Positions 8,406-18,811 of a stretch of DNA of 64,000 nucleotides are shown piece by piece. The notes below the pieces were generated by a model, which was not told the DNA's origin, made no database searches, and worked only from the letters and a program-made list of their open reading frames with translations. The stretch's first letter is position 1, and every line of letters starts with the position of its first letter. Position numbers and translations under genes: made by a program. Location: assembly GCA_039028815.1 (NCBI GenBank), contig JBCCHI010000004.1, forward strand, positions 221-64,220, given 5' to 3'. Source of the stretch: Pseudomonadota bacterium. Its GTDB lineage: Bacteria; Pseudomonadota; Alphaproteobacteria; Rhodobacterales; Rhodobacteraceae.

Positions 8406-9838
8406 ACGTTTGAGAACAGGGGAAAACTTACGCCCAATGCCCAGGCAAGCGCCAGCCCCAGTCCCAGGCCGGCCGACATCGGGCCAAACCGCCGACCAGC
8501 AACGCGTCCCATGCCGCCGATACTGAGATAGAACAACACGATCACCGGAGCGATCAGCAAAACAAAGAACAGACCTTTGAAATCAAGCGCCACGGCAATG
8601 GCAAGCGAGATCAGGAACCCGAGCCGCGCCACGACCCGCCGCAAGATCGGAGCGCGATAGACCAGCCAGCTGTCCGACAACATAAAGGGCACGGTGCCAA
8701 GTGCCAGCGCTGCAATGATCGTGATCCTTTGGGATGTCGGCCAGAAATTTGCGCCATACCGGTCCAGCACGAATCCGAAAACACCGATCGTCCAGATGAG
8801 CAGAACGCACGTGCCCGGCAAGTTGATCCGCGCGGGCCAACCCCGAAGCCGCCACTGAACCAGACCCTGCACTACACCGTATATCAGCAGGTGCAGCGCA
8901 AGATAATCCGCCACGAGCACAGGCAAAACACGCACGTCCAGTAACCATGCAATCAAAGGTGTGGCCACCATCGGCACACCAACGGCAACGGCAAAGCCAC
9001 GCACGGACAAGGGCTGCGGCGGATCGTGCTGCGGCGGCAGGAGCCGGGCAACCGGCGCGAAAAGTACCGTAATCGCCGCCAGCAAACCCAGAATGGCCCA
9101 GCCCGTTTGCGGAACGGGCGGCGTCGACGTGCGGTCATAGTAGTCGTTCAGCCAGCTCAGCGCTGCGGCACGTCCTGCCCTGGAATGCAGGATTGCGACA
9201 TGCTCGACCGCCGGTGCTACAATAGCCGCGCGCCGCACACCGGGCGCTGCACCGGCTTCCGCGCGGGTGGCGAAACCCTGCAGGCGCGGCTCCCACGCAC
9301 CGGTGATCATCAGCATGTCATCGGGAGAGTCCGGCGTCACTGCGCCGGAAAATGTGGCCAGAAGCACAAGTGGCCCGATGGGACCGGCCTGTTGCGCCGC
9401 GCGCACCAGCACATCGGTGGCCATGGAATGCCCCAGAAGTGCAACCTCTTCTCCAGGCGACCGTACGGCATTGATCACCTCAAGCGTCTGATCGACCAGC
9501 AAACGTGTGGTTCCGTCCGGCGATGTGACGTCGCCCGACATCGGGACCGGATGGCGGCCATGCCCTTCGAAGTCGAACGCGTAGACACGATACCCCGCCT
9601 GCGCAAGGACATGCCCGTAGCCCTGCATCATCTGGCGAGACCCGGCAAAGCCGTGGGCCATCACGACAGAAGGGCCATCCTCTCGGCCCTGGATCGAGAC
9701 AACAGGCGTTGCGCCAACATGGAACGTCGCGTGGTCCAGACCTGACCGCGCGCGTTCCAGTACCCAGACCGCCCAAACCGCTGTCGCAAGCGCCAGAAGA
9801 TACGCCCCAAGGTGCCACACCTGTGTACCGTGTGACAC
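8402..9838 (-). CDS. Alpha/beta hydrolase fused to a polytopic membrane domain
   Basis: N-terminal TM, HGFAGS and GHSMATD (GxSxG) hydrolase motifs, then about 230 aa of hydrophobic helices. Confidence 0.7.
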   Translation of the reverse strand: MSHGTQVWHLGAYLLALATAVWAVWVLERARSGLDHATFHVGATPVVSIQGREDGPSVVMAHGFAGSRQMMQGYGHVLAQAGYRVYAFDFEGHGRHPVPMSGDVTSPDGTTRLLVDQTLEVINAVRSPGEEVALLGHSMATDVLVRAAQQAGPIGPLVLLATFSGAVTPDSPDDMLMITGAWEPRLQGFATRAEAGAAPGVRRAAIVAPAVEHVAILHSRAGRAAALSWLNDYYDRTSTPPVPQTGWAILGLLAAITVLFAPVARLLPPQHDPPQPLSVRGFAVAVGVPMVATPLIAWLLDVRVLPVLVADYLALHLLIYGVVQGLVQWRLRGWPARINLPGTCVLLIWTIGVFGFVLDRYGANFWPTSQRITIIAALALGTVPFMLSDSWLVYRAPILRRVVARLGFLISLAIAVALDFKGLFFVLLIAPVIVLFYLSIGGMGRVAGRRFGPMSAGLGLGLALAWALGVSFPLFSNV

Positions 9839-9846
9839 CGCGCGCG

Positions 9847-10632
9847 TCAGCCAGCCGGACGTAAAACGTCCGCCCGTGCCTCATCCATCAGCCGGCGCAT
9901 CTCGGTCATTGCGGGACCCAGACCACGGAAAATCGCCTCGCCGATCAGAAAGTGACCGATATTGAGTTCCATCACCTCAGGCATGGCCGCCACGGGACCG
10001 ACCGTTTCATACCCAAGTCCGTGGCCTGCGTGCACTTCCAGCCCCAGAGAATGGCCATACACGCTCATTTCCCGCAGGGCCTGCATCTCTTTGTCGCGCT
10101 CATCAAAGCGCCCGTCGGCATGGGCGTCGCAGTAAGCGCCGGTGTGCAATTCAATCACCTCTGCGCCGATCCGGTGCGCGGCCGAGATCTGTCGCGCGTC
10201 CGCTGCAATGAAAATCGAAACCCGGCACCCTGCCTCGCGCAAAGGGGCGATAAAGTGTGCCAGCCGGTTTTCTTCGCGCGCCACCTCAAGCCCGCCCTCG
10301 GTTGTGCGTTCTTCACGCTTTTCCGGGACCAGACAGACTGCGTGCGGCTTGTGCCGCAGCGCAATCTGCTGCATTTCGTCCGTCGCCGCCATTTCGAAAT
10401 TCAGCGGCACCTCCAGCGACTCCACCAACGCTTCGATATCCGCGTCAGAGATATGCCGCCTGTCTTCACGCAGATGTGCCGTGATCCCGTCCGCGCCCGC
10501 CTCTTCAGCCAGCCTGGCCGCGCGGACCGGATCGGGCACTGCACCACCACGGGCATTGCGCACGGTGGCCACATGATCAATGTTTACCCCAAGCCGCAGT
10601 TTTCCGTCGCTCATCGCAGGCTTCTCCTTCAA
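9847..10632 (-). CDS. pdxJ: Pyridoxine 5'-phosphate synthase
   Basis: LGVNIDHVATVRNARGG signature; length is right. Confidence 0.92.
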   Translation of the reverse strand: MKEKPAMSDGKLRLGVNIDHVATVRNARGGAVPDPVRAARLAEEAGADGITAHLREDRRHISDADIEALVESLEVPLNFEMAATDEMQQIALRHKPHAVCLVPEKREERTTEGGLEVAREENRLAHFIAPLREAGCRVSIFIAADARQISAAHRIGAEVIELHTGAYCDAHADGRFDERDKEMQALREMSVYGHSLGLEVHAGHGLGYETVGPVAAMPEVMELNIGHFLIGEAIFRGLGPAMTEMRRLMDEARADVLRPAG

Positions 10633-10659
10633 GACATCACTTCGTTTTCCCGGCAGGAC

Positions 10660-11388
10660 CTAGCGTGAATCACCACCGGCGTCAGCTTTGTCACCGACGT
10701 TTCTGCCGATCACCGCGTCCGTCGCTGCCTTCGTACCGGACTTTGCGGCATTTTTTGCCGCCTTCTTTTGCTTGAAGGCATTCAGCTTGGCCTTGAGACG
10801 TCCCTTCCGGCGATTCTGATACGCCTGAATCACCGGAAGACTGACGTAGTACGCCACCAGACCGGCAAGTATCCCCGGGATGATCCCGCCGACAAGATAA
10901 GGAAAGAACACCTCATCGAAAAACAGAACCAGACCACTCCAGTCCGCGCTGTCATCGGTGAAGAGGGCGATGAAATTGTTTTTCAGATCACGCCATGCTT
11001 CGACGAATTTGCTCCCGAGAGAGCCGTGTTCCTCGAACTCGGGCATGTTGCGCATACCAAGCAGCCAATACCCAGTCTGCAAAGACGTCGCCGCGATCGG
11101 AACGAATGTCAGCGGATTGCCAAAGAACGTCGACAAGAGCGACGCCACGATGTTTCCGCGCATGATCCACGCGATCAGGGCCGCCGCAAAAAAGTGAAAG
11201 CCGAAGAGAGGCGAAAAACTAACAAACACCCCTGCAAAGATCCCCCGCGCGATCCGGTGCGGCGGATCGGGCAAACGTCGCACCCTGTGCCTTACGTAGT
11301 GAAACGCGCGCGTCCAGCCGCCTCTGGGCCACAGAAACTGCTGAGTGGCTTTCCACCAGGGCAATCTGTCTCGGCGTTTGAACACCAC
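10660..11388 (-). CDS. DUF2062-family membrane protein
   Basis: N-terminal WPRGGWTRAFHYVRHRVRRLPDPPHRIARGIFAGVFVSFSP pattern typical of DUF2062; multiple TM segments. Confidence 0.7.
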   Translation of the reverse strand: MVFKRRDRLPWWKATQQFLWPRGGWTRAFHYVRHRVRRLPDPPHRIARGIFAGVFVSFSPLFGFHFFAAALIAWIMRGNIVASLLSTFFGNPLTFVPIAATSLQTGYWLLGMRNMPEFEEHGSLGSKFVEAWRDLKNNFIALFTDDSADWSGLVLFFDEVFFPYLVGGIIPGILAGLVAYYVSLPVIQAYQNRRKGRLKAKLNAFKQKKAAKNAAKSGTKAATDAVIGRNVGDKADAGGDSR

Positions 11389-11400
11389 GCTGGATAGCTC

Positions 11401-13548
11401 CTAGGCCAGATGCGGCTCTGGTGTCGTCGATCTGACGCGCGCGGGATCGCGGTGCCGCTCGATCGCGGCGACTTCGCTTTCAGCATCCAGCACCGAAATC
11501 AACCCGTGCAGATGTTCCACGTTACGCAGTTCGACATCAATCAGAAGCCGAAAGAAATCCGGTTTACGATCAACAAATGTCAGGTCCGAGATATTTGCGT
11601 TCTGTTCACCAATCAACGTACAAATACGCCCCAGCACGCCAGCATCATTTCCGATCGTGATATCCAGCGTTGCGACATACACGGCAGGATGCGTCCCGTC
11701 GTGCCAGCGCAGATCCAGCCACCGCTCGGGCTGTTCTTCGAACGCCTGAAGTGAATCACAGTCAATTGCATGCACCACCACGCCGCGTCCGCGATACGTG
11801 ATGCCCACAATGCGCTCACCCGGCAAGGGCTGACAACACGGCGCGCGCTCGAACAGTTGATCCGGCGCAAGTCCGATGACCGCGCGTTCCCAGTCGACTT
11901 CTGCACTCTTCGCGGGCGACAGATCCGGATAGACAGCGTTCAGCACTTGTTGTGCGGTGATTTCCGCGCTTCCCAGCTGGGCCAGAACTTCATTGCGATC
12001 CTTGATCCGAAGCGTCTTGGCGGCCCGATCCAGCGCCTTGTCCGTGGGTTTCTTTCCCAGATGCTCGAACGCGGCGCGCGCCAGTTCGCGCCCCAGACGC
12101 ACAAACCGGTCACGGTCAATTTCGCGCAGGGCACGCCGGATTGCGCTGCGTGCCTTTCCTGTCGTTGCAATATCCAGCCAGGACGGCTGGGGTTGCTGAC
12201 CGTCTGCGGTGATGATCTCGACCGACTGCCCGTTCTTGACACGCGTCCACAGCGGAACGCGCATCCCGTCCACCTTTGCCCCGACGCAGGCATTGCCGAT
12301 CCGGGTATGAATCGCATATGCGAAATCAATGGGTGTCGCCCCGCGCGGCAGTTTGACGACATCACCCTTGGGCGTGAAACAGAACACCTGGTCGGGATAC
12401 ATCTCCAGTTTGACGGCTTCTAGAAACTCGTCGTGGTCGTCCTCTGCGTCGAACTGCTCTGACAGGGCCGTGATCCATTTCGCCGGGTCGACGGCAAAAG
12501 GGTTTTCGGCGCGTTCGCCATCCCGGTACGCCCAGTGAGCCGCAACGCCCGACTCGGCCACATCATGCATCTGCCGGGTGCGAATCTGCACCTCGACCAA
12601 CTTGCCATCGCGTCCGGACACGGTTGTGTGCAGGGATCTGTAGCCGTTTGACTTTGGCTGGCTGATGTAGTCCTTGAACCGTCCGGGCACGGCGCGCCAG
12701 CGGTTGTGGATCACGCCCAGCACGCGGTAGCAATCCTCCTTGCTGGTGGTAATGACACGAAACCCGTAGATGTCGCTCAACCGTGAGAACGCCATCTTCT
12801 TTTCCTGCATCTTGCGCCAGATCGAATACGGCTTCTTCGCGCGTCCGAAAATCTCGGCTTCGACACCCGCGCGGTCCAGTTCGGAACGCATATCGTGGGT
12901 GATGCGCTCGATCACATCGCCCGCTTCCCGCTGCAGCGTGATAAAGCGGCGCATGATCGAGGCCCGCGCCTCGGGGTTGATCACGCGAAACGCCAGATCC
13001 TCCAGTTCCTCACGGACACCCTGCATCCCAATCCGCGAGGCCAGGGGCGCGAAAATATCCATCGTTTCTCGCGCTTTCTTCAGCTGCTTTTCGAGCGGCA
13101 TCGCCCGGATCGTGCGCATGTTGTGCAGACGGTCCGCGAGCTTCACCAGGATCACGCGCATGTCCTTGGACATGGCCATAAACAACTTGCGGAAATTTTC
13201 GGCCTGCTGGGTCTCTGTGCTGGACAGTTGCAGGTTGGTCAGCTTCGTCACCCCATCCACAAGATCGGCAATCTCAGTGCCGAACCGTGTCTCAACCTCG
13301 GCATAGGAGGCACGGGTGTCTTCGATCGTGTCGTGCAACAGAGCGGTGACGATAGTGGCATCATCCAGGCGCTGTTCCGTCAGGATGGCCGCGACCGCCA
13401 CCGGGTGCGAAAAATAGGGTTCGCCGGACTGCCGGAACTGGCCTTCATGCATATGGTGGCCAAACTGATAGGCCTCGCGCAAAAGGTCCTGATCTGTACG
13501 CGGGTTGTAAGCGCGGACCATCTCGACCAGAGTATCTGCGCCGATCAT
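11401..13548 (-). CDS. spoT: Bifunctional (p)ppGpp synthetase/hydrolase (RelA/SpoT homolog)
   Basis: HD domain HPVAVAAIL...LLHDTIEDT, synthetase YRSLHTTV, TGS and ACT regions; 715 aa. Confidence 0.95.
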   Translation of the reverse strand: MIGADTLVEMVRAYNPRTDQDLLREAYQFGHHMHEGQFRQSGEPYFSHPVAVAAILTEQRLDDATIVTALLHDTIEDTRASYAEVETRFGTEIADLVDGVTKLTNLQLSSTETQQAENFRKLFMAMSKDMRVILVKLADRLHNMRTIRAMPLEKQLKKARETMDIFAPLASRIGMQGVREELEDLAFRVINPEARASIMRRFITLQREAGDVIERITHDMRSELDRAGVEAEIFGRAKKPYSIWRKMQEKKMAFSRLSDIYGFRVITTSKEDCYRVLGVIHNRWRAVPGRFKDYISQPKSNGYRSLHTTVSGRDGKLVEVQIRTRQMHDVAESGVAAHWAYRDGERAENPFAVDPAKWITALSEQFDAEDDHDEFLEAVKLEMYPDQVFCFTPKGDVVKLPRGATPIDFAYAIHTRIGNACVGAKVDGMRVPLWTRVKNGQSVEIITADGQQPQPSWLDIATTGKARSAIRRALREIDRDRFVRLGRELARAAFEHLGKKPTDKALDRAAKTLRIKDRNEVLAQLGSAEITAQQVLNAVYPDLSPAKSAEVDWERAVIGLAPDQLFERAPCCQPLPGERIVGITYRGRGVVVHAIDCDSLQAFEEQPERWLDLRWHDGTHPAVYVATLDITIGNDAGVLGRICTLIGEQNANISDLTFVDRKPDFFRLLIDVELRNVEHLHGLISVLDAESEVAAIERHRDPARVRSTTPEPHLA

Positions 13549-13597
13549 TCCGCCATCCCTTCCGTCTTACCAGGCGAGGGGGCCCTCCTCCGGCGTT

Positions 13598-13951
13598 TCA
13601 GCCCTGGCCCTGCGCCTCCATCAGCGCACGCAACAGTTTTTCTTCCGACATATCGTCTTCGACCGGTTTCTCGGCCTCGTCCCCCATCAGAAGAGCCATC
13701 GCATCTTCTTCCGGTTCGTCCACTTCGATCTGCGTCTGGTTCGATTCGATCAACCGTTCGCGCAGATCATCAGCCGGCTGCGTTTCCTCTGCGATCTCGC
13801 GCAAAGCCACGACCGGGTTCTTGTCGTTGTCCCGATCAACACTGATCGGAGACCCGGATGAAATCTCGCGCGCGCGATGTGCTGCGAGCATCACGAGCTC
13901 AAACCGGTTCGGAACTTTGTCGACACAATCTTCTGTCGTAACGCGGGCCAT
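13598..13951 (-). CDS. rpoZ: RNA polymerase omega subunit
   Basis: [30 protein letters not shown]. Confidence 0.95.
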   Translation of the reverse strand: MARVTTEDCVDKVPNRFELVMLAAHRAREISSGSPISVDRDNDKNPVVALREIAEETQPADDLRERLIESNQTQIEVDEPEEDAMALLMGDEAEKPVEDDMSEEKLLRALMEAQGQG

Positions 13952-14067
13952 GCGACCTCCGGGCCAAATGATCGGGATACAGAAGCCCGTGTACTAGACC
14001 CAAAAGAAAACCTTGACAAGTAAAGAGTGAACTCAACGCACATGACCCGCATGCCGGAACATCGGCG

Positions 14068-14631
14068 TCAGACCGGCGTGATCGCGTCCACATCCCCGGC
14101 GGGCAAAGTCCTCAGCATCTGATCCACACGCAACCCTGTTAGCGGGTGGCGCCAGTCGGGTGCGATATCGTTGAGTGGCACAAGCACGAATGCCCGGTCC
14201 TGCAGGCGGGGATGGGGCAGGATCAACCCATCCGGCACGTCCTGCATCTGCCGCTCCGGTGTCAGATCGCGCCAGCGCGTCTGCGTCGCAGCGTCCGGCA
14301 GAACCGTGTCACCGGCCGCCAGAAGATCCAGGTCTACCGATCGCGGAGCCCAGCGGTCGCGCCGTTCGCGCCCCAGCCCGGCCTCGGCGTCGTGCAGCAT
14401 TTTCATCAGCTCCGCCGGGCCGCCTTCGGCGAAAAGCCGCGCAGCCGCATTCACAAATTCGGGACCCGACCCGGCCGGGTAGGCCGGCGTCCGAAAAAAT
14501 CGACTTACGGCATCAACTCGGGCACCCGACGAGGCAAGCCGGTCAAGCGCCTGTAACAACGTCTGTTCCGGCCCGATCTCGCCACGCGGCAGATTGCCTC
14601 CGAGGGCAATCAAGAATTCTTGAACACTCAC
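14068..14631 (-). CDS. folK: 2-amino-4-hydroxy-6-hydroxymethyldihydropteridine pyrophosphokinase
   Basis: HPPK motifs: RTPAYP, WAPRSVDLDLL, ILPHPRLQDRAFVLVPL. Confidence 0.88.
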   Translation of the reverse strand: MSVQEFLIALGGNLPRGEIGPEQTLLQALDRLASSGARVDAVSRFFRTPAYPAGSGPEFVNAAARLFAEGGPAELMKMLHDAEAGLGRERRDRWAPRSVDLDLLAAGDTVLPDAATQTRWRDLTPERQMQDVPDGLILPHPRLQDRAFVLVPLNDIAPDWRHPLTGLRVDQMLRTLPAGDVDAITPV

Positions 14632-14774
14632 AGGACGACCCTATCCTTTTGTACATGGCAAAACGCTTGCGAAGTCCAAACTAAACCAATAAGTTTTGTT
14701 GCCAATCTGCCGTGTGAAAATCCACTCAATACACAAACCCAACGGCAGACACATTGCACTCGGAAGGACATTTA

Positions 14775-15347
14775 ATGTTTTACAAGGACGAGCGGCTCGC
14801 GCTGTTTATTGACGGCTCGAATCTCTACGCCGCTGCGAAGTCCCTCGGCTTCGATATCGACTACAAATTGCTGCGTGCCGAGTTCATGCGTCGCGGCAAA
14901 CTGCTGCGCGCGTTCTACTACACCGCGCTGCTGGAAAGTGACGAATATTCGCCCATCCGTCCGCTTGTCGACTGGCTGAATTACAACGGATTCACGATGG
15001 TCACCAAACCGGCGAAGGAATACACCGACAGTCAGGGACGCAGGAAAGTCAAGGGAAACATGGACATTGAGCTGGCCGTGGACGCAATGGAACTTGCGCC
15101 CCGCGTTGATCACATAGTTCTGTTTTCCGGCGACGGCGATTTCCGACCGCTGGTGGAAAGCCTCCAGCGTCAGGGTGTGCGTGTCTCGGTCGTCTCCACG
15201 ATCCGCAGTCAGCCGCCGATGATTGCCGATGACCTTCGGCGTCAGGCCGACAACTTTATAGAACTTGAAGACCTGCGGGACGTGATCGGCCGCCCGCCGC
15301 GTGAACAAAGCGAAGACCGGCAGGAAGCCTTCGTTGCAAACAAATAA
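14775..15347 (+). CDS. NYN-domain (LabA/DUF88-like) protein
   Basis: ATG 14775 preceded by GGAAGGA. LFIDGSNLYAAAKSLGFDIDYKLL and LFSGDGDFRPLV motifs. Confidence 0.85.
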   Translation: MFYKDERLALFIDGSNLYAAAKSLGFDIDYKLLRAEFMRRGKLLRAFYYTALLESDEYSPIRPLVDWLNYNGFTMVTKPAKEYTDSQGRRKVKGNMDIELAVDAMELAPRVDHIVLFSGDGDFRPLVESLQRQGVRVSVVSTIRSQPPMIADDLRRQADNFIELEDLRDVIGRPPREQSEDRQEAFVANK

Positions 15348-15405
15348 ATCAAGCCGGCACGCGCAAAGGTTCTGAGATTTCAAGGGCGCCCGTAAAACGG
15401 CGTCC

Positions 15406-15951
15406 TTGATCGTTCAGGCCGGGGGTTCTAAACCCGCATCAACGCAACCACGGTCGCATCTCCGGCCGTATCCGGACACGCCTTTTTCTGTGACACAGAT
15501 TCCCCGCACGCCACTTTATCTCTCGCTCGCAGGCCTGCTGCCCTTTGTCTGGAGTGCAGCCACGGTCGTATCGCCCGACCTTGCATTGTGGACGATCAAG
15601 GTCCTTGGATCGGCAGGACATCGTTTCGTCGGACCCTATCTCGGGCTGCACTACGGCGCGATCATTCTGGGTTTCATGTCCGGTGTGCTCTGGGGTTTCT
15701 CGGCACGGCTCGAACCGCCGCAGGCTGCTTCGGGTTATGTTCTGTCAGTGATCCCGGCGCTCTGGGTGTTCTTCACCAACGGGGGGGGCGCAGAGCAGGC
15801 CGGCATTCTGATGATGTTCGGATTTGCCGGCATTCTCATGCTCGACTGGTTCTTCTGGCGCAACGGCGCGGCACCGGACTGGTGGATGGGGTTGCGTCTC
15901 ATGATCACCGCAGGCGTGCTGATCTGCCTTGGCATTGGCGTGTTCCTGTGA
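15406..15951 (+). CDS. DUF3429-like membrane protein
   Basis: Four or five TM helices, IPRTPLYLSLAGLLPFVW N-terminus. Start uncertain (TTG 15406 or GTG 15490). Confidence 0.6.
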   Translation: MIVQAGGSKPASTQPRSHLRPYPDTPFSVTQIPRTPLYLSLAGLLPFVWSAATVVSPDLALWTIKVLGSAGHRFVGPYLGLHYGAIILGFMSGVLWGFSARLEPPQAASGYVLSVIPALWVFFTNGGGAEQAGILMMFGFAGILMLDWFFWRNGAAPDWWMGLRLMITAGVLICLGIGVFL

Positions 15952-16541
15952 CCGGTGATGACGAAACGATCCGGGTCTACGGGTCCGAGGCCGCGCGCTA
16001 CGCCGCATTCTCCGAAGGACAGGAAGCGATTCCGGCGCTCAGCGATTTCATCGCCCGCCTGCCGCGCGGTGGCCAGGCGCTCGACCTGGGCTGCGGGCCG
16101 GGATGGGCTGCGGCACGCATGGCGGCGGAAGGCCTGAACGTGACAGCCACCGATGCCACGCCGGAAATGGTCGAACTGGCCGCGCGTCACCCCGGCGTCG
16201 CGGCCCGGTGCGCGACATTTGATGATCTCGGGGGCACAGATCTCTACGACGGCATCTGGGCGCACTTTTGCCTGCTCCACGCGCCCCGCGCCGACCTGCC
16301 CCGCCACATCTGTGCGCTGGCGCGCGCGCTCAAGCCCGGAGGCTGGTTTCACATTGGCATGAAAACCGGCACCGGCGCCGCGCGCGACAGAATCGGTCGC
16401 CTTTACACGTATGTCACGGCCGCGGAACTCGACGACCTGTTGCGCGCGGCGGGGTTTTGTCCTCACCAAACGGAAAGAGGCGAAGACCCGGGTCTTGATG
16501 GCACCGTGGCGCCCTGGATCACGGTTCTCGCCCGTGGCTGA
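15948..16541 (+). CDS. Class I SAM-dependent methyltransferase
   Basis: GTG 15948 overlaps the upstream stop (GTGA). Motif [13 protein letters not shown]. The longer ORF from 15588 would overlap the DUF3429 gene. Confidence 0.75.
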   Translation: MTGDDETIRVYGSEAARYAAFSEGQEAIPALSDFIARLPRGGQALDLGCGPGWAAARMAAEGLNVTATDATPEMVELAARHPGVAARCATFDDLGGTDLYDGIWAHFCLLHAPRADLPRHICALARALKPGGWFHIGMKTGTGAARDRIGRLYTYVTAAELDDLLRAAGFCPHQTERGEDPGLDGTVAPWITVLARG

Positions 16542-16998
16542 TCTTGTGGCCTATACAGACGGTGCGTGTTCCGGCAATCCCGGTCCGGGGGGTTGGGGCG
16601 TGCTGCTGCAGGCACGCAAGCGGGGTCAGGTGGTGAAAGAGCGTGCGCTGAGCGGCGGCGCAAGCGACACCACCAACAACCGGATGGAGCTTCTGGCAGC
16701 GATCACCGCGCTTGAAACACTCGAACGACCGGCCCGCATCACCATCGTGACCGACAGCACCTATGTCAAAAATGGTGTCACGCAATGGATTCATGGCTGG
16801 AAACGAAACGGTTGGAAAACCAGCGGCAGAAAACCTGTGAAGAACGCCGATCTCTGGCAACGCCTGGACGACGCTGCAGCGCATCACGATGTCGTCTGGG
16901 AATGGGTGAAGGGCCATGCCGGACATCCCGAAAACGAACGCGCAGACGCGCTGGCAAGGGACGCAATGACACCGTACAAGGCGAACCAGCCCGAATAA
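16534..16998 (+). CDS. rnhA: Ribonuclease HI
   Basis: [48 protein letters not shown] 16534 overlaps the upstream stop and gives a 154-aa product; alternative ATG at 16498. Confidence 0.9.
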   Translation: MADLVAYTDGACSGNPGPGGWGVLLQARKRGQVVKERALSGGASDTTNNRMELLAAITALETLERPARITIVTDSTYVKNGVTQWIHGWKRNGWKTSGRKPVKNADLWQRLDDAAAHHDVVWEWVKGHAGHPENERADALARDAMTPYKANQPE

Positions 16999-17026
16999 CT
17001 CCGTTCACCGGACCTGACTCTGCCGC

Positions 17027-17266
17027 TCACTTGCCGGCCGTTACCTTCTGGTAGATCCAGATCAGCAGAACCGCGCCCAGAACTGCGCCAAGGATGCCGC
17101 CGAGAACACCAAGAATACCCAGCGCGACGCGCAGCAAAAAGCCGCCCAAAAGCGCGCCGGCCACGCCAATCCCCACCGTCACCAGAGGAGAAGCCTCGAT
17201 CTTCAGAACGCGGGTCGCCAGGTAACCGGCGACGGCCCCTACCAGTATGAGTGTCAGAATTCCCAT
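17027..17266 (-). CDS. GlsB/YeaQ/YmgE-family small membrane protein
   Basis: MGILTLILVGAVAGYLATRVL..., Gly-rich TM helices, 79 aa. Confidence 0.8.
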   Translation of the reverse strand: MGILTLILVGAVAGYLATRVLKIEASPLVTVGIGVAGALLGGFLLRVALGILGVLGGILGAVLGAVLLIWIYQKVTAGK

Positions 17267-17511
17267 TATCGACCTCCCTTGCGCCAGTGCGTGGGCACGA
17301 TCACCAGCGCCCCGACCGAAGACAGGATCGCGTCAAGCCCCGGACTTCCCACACTGATCCCGAACATCAGCCGCACGAAGAAAAAGAGAAACGCGCCGCC
17401 CACGCAGATAATGATCGACGGGATAAACCCGTTGCGTGTGAACCCGCTGCGCTCGCTGGCATAGCCCACGATACCTGCGACCACCACTGTGCCGAACAAC
17501 TGCAAGAACAT
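17266..17511 (-). CDS. GlsB/YeaQ/YmgE-like small membrane protein (second copy)
   Basis: ATG 17511 (MFLQLFGTVVVAGIVGYASE). Its stop overlaps the next start (TAATG). Confidence 0.65.
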   Translation of the reverse strand: MFLQLFGTVVVAGIVGYASERSGFTRNGFIPSIIICVGGAFLFFFVRLMFGISVGSPGLDAILSSVGALVIVPTHWRKGGR

Positions 17512-17607
17512 GCGCGCCGCCTTTCCCTGATCCCTGCCAATGTGAGGGCGCAACCCGCCATGCGCAAGCACCGGACCGACGCGGGAACGGGATGATGCCT
17601 CCGGCGG

Positions 17608-17664
17608 GAGTATTTTTGGAAAGATGAAGCCGGACCCGGTCTCTTCATCTTTCCAAAAATACTC
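17608..17664. repeat. Perfect 22-bp inverted repeat (GAGTATTTTTGGAAAGATGAAG / CTTCATCTTTCCAAAAATACTC) with a 13-nt loop
   Basis: Read directly. Arms at 17608-17629 and 17643-17664; intergenic between the fmt stop and the yeaQ-like start. Confidence 0.9.
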
Positions 17665-17697
17665 AATTCCCGACGCTGCCGATACGTGTCCGCGGTG

Positions 17698-18603
17698 TCA
17701 AAGCCGGGTCCCTGCCGGAACAGGCATGCCGCGCAGGAGGTCAGATACAGTCTGCGCGCCGCGCCCAGCGCGCTGCGCCCGCAGGATCCGCACGGCACCG
17801 GAGCCGCAGGCCACGGTCAGCATATCGTCAAGCACCTGACCCGGCGTACCTGCGGTATCACTCAATCGCGAGGCCAGCAGTTTGACGCGCTGATCGCCGA
17901 TCTCGGTCCATGCGCCCGGAAACGGGGACAGCCCCCGGATCTGGCGGTCGACCTCTGCTGCGCTGCGCGACCAGTCCACCCGCGCCTCTGCCTTGTCAAT
18001 CTTCCGCGCATATGTCACCCCGGTCTCGGATTGCGGCTCGGGCACCAGATCGTCCAGCCGCGACAGCGCCTCTGCCGCAACCGATGCGCCCATCGCCGCC
18101 AGGCGATCGTGCAACGCCCCTGTCGTCTCCTGCGCGCCGATCGGCGTGGCACGACGCAGCAGAACCGGCCCGGTGTCGAGTTCCGCCTCCATGCGCATGA
18201 CACACACGCCTGTCTCGGGATCGCCGGCCATGATCGCACGGTGGATCGGGGCCGCGCCGCGCCAGCGGGGCAGAAGGCTCGCATGCACATTGAGACAGCC
18301 CCGTGCGGGCGCGTCGAGCACGGGTTGCGGAAGGATCAGCCCATAGGCGACCACCACCGCCACATCGGCGCCGAGAGCTGCGAAGTCCGATTGCGCGGCG
18401 CTGTCGCGCAGGCTGTCCGGATGCCGCACATCAAGACCCAGATCCGTGGCGCATGTCTGCACCGGGCCTGGCCGGTTTTTCCTGCCGCGTCCGGCAGGGC
18501 GCGGCGGCTGGCTGTAAACGGCGCAGATTTCGTGCCGCTGTGCCACCAGCGCGTTCAGAACCGGGACAGCAAAGTCGGGCGTACCCATGAAAATAACGCG
18601 CAT
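17698..18603 (-). CDS. fmt: Methionyl-tRNA formyltransferase
   Basis: ATG 18603 gives [19 protein letters not shown]; [14 protein letters not shown] motif. Confidence 0.93.
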   Translation of the reverse strand: MRVIFMGTPDFAVPVLNALVAQRHEICAVYSQPPRPAGRGRKNRPGPVQTCATDLGLDVRHPDSLRDSAAQSDFAALGADVAVVVAYGLILPQPVLDAPARGCLNVHASLLPRWRGAAPIHRAIMAGDPETGVCVMRMEAELDTGPVLLRRATPIGAQETTGALHDRLAAMGASVAAEALSRLDDLVPEPQSETGVTYARKIDKAEARVDWSRSAAEVDRQIRGLSPFPGAWTEIGDQRVKLLASRLSDTAGTPGQVLDDMLTVACGSGAVRILRAQRAGRGAQTVSDLLRGMPVPAGTRL

Positions 18604-18811
18604 ATTTCCTCTCGTCCGGTCGATTCGAATGCGTTCTATCCCGCTCTTGCCGAAGAGGCCAAGCCTTTGGGCGCGCGCGAGATCGCCCGTGTTTCGGCAG
18701 GGCGGACGCACGCGGCGTCCGGAACTGCTGGCGGTCCTGCGCGAACACACGGCGCAAACATGCTGCGTCGGGGCCATGCGCCGGTTCGGGCGGCGTGCCG
18801 GATACGAGGGT

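Noticed and set aside
14775-15347. NYN-domain protein as a defence nuclease
   Set aside because: It has the LabA/DUF88-type architecture and sits in the conserved rpoZ/folK neighbourhood typical of alphaproteobacterial core genomes.
15588-15947. N-terminal extension of the methyltransferase ORF
   Set aside because: It would overlap the DUF3429 gene by 360 nt in another frame. The GTG at 15948 with a GTGA overlap gives a normal-length methyltransferase.
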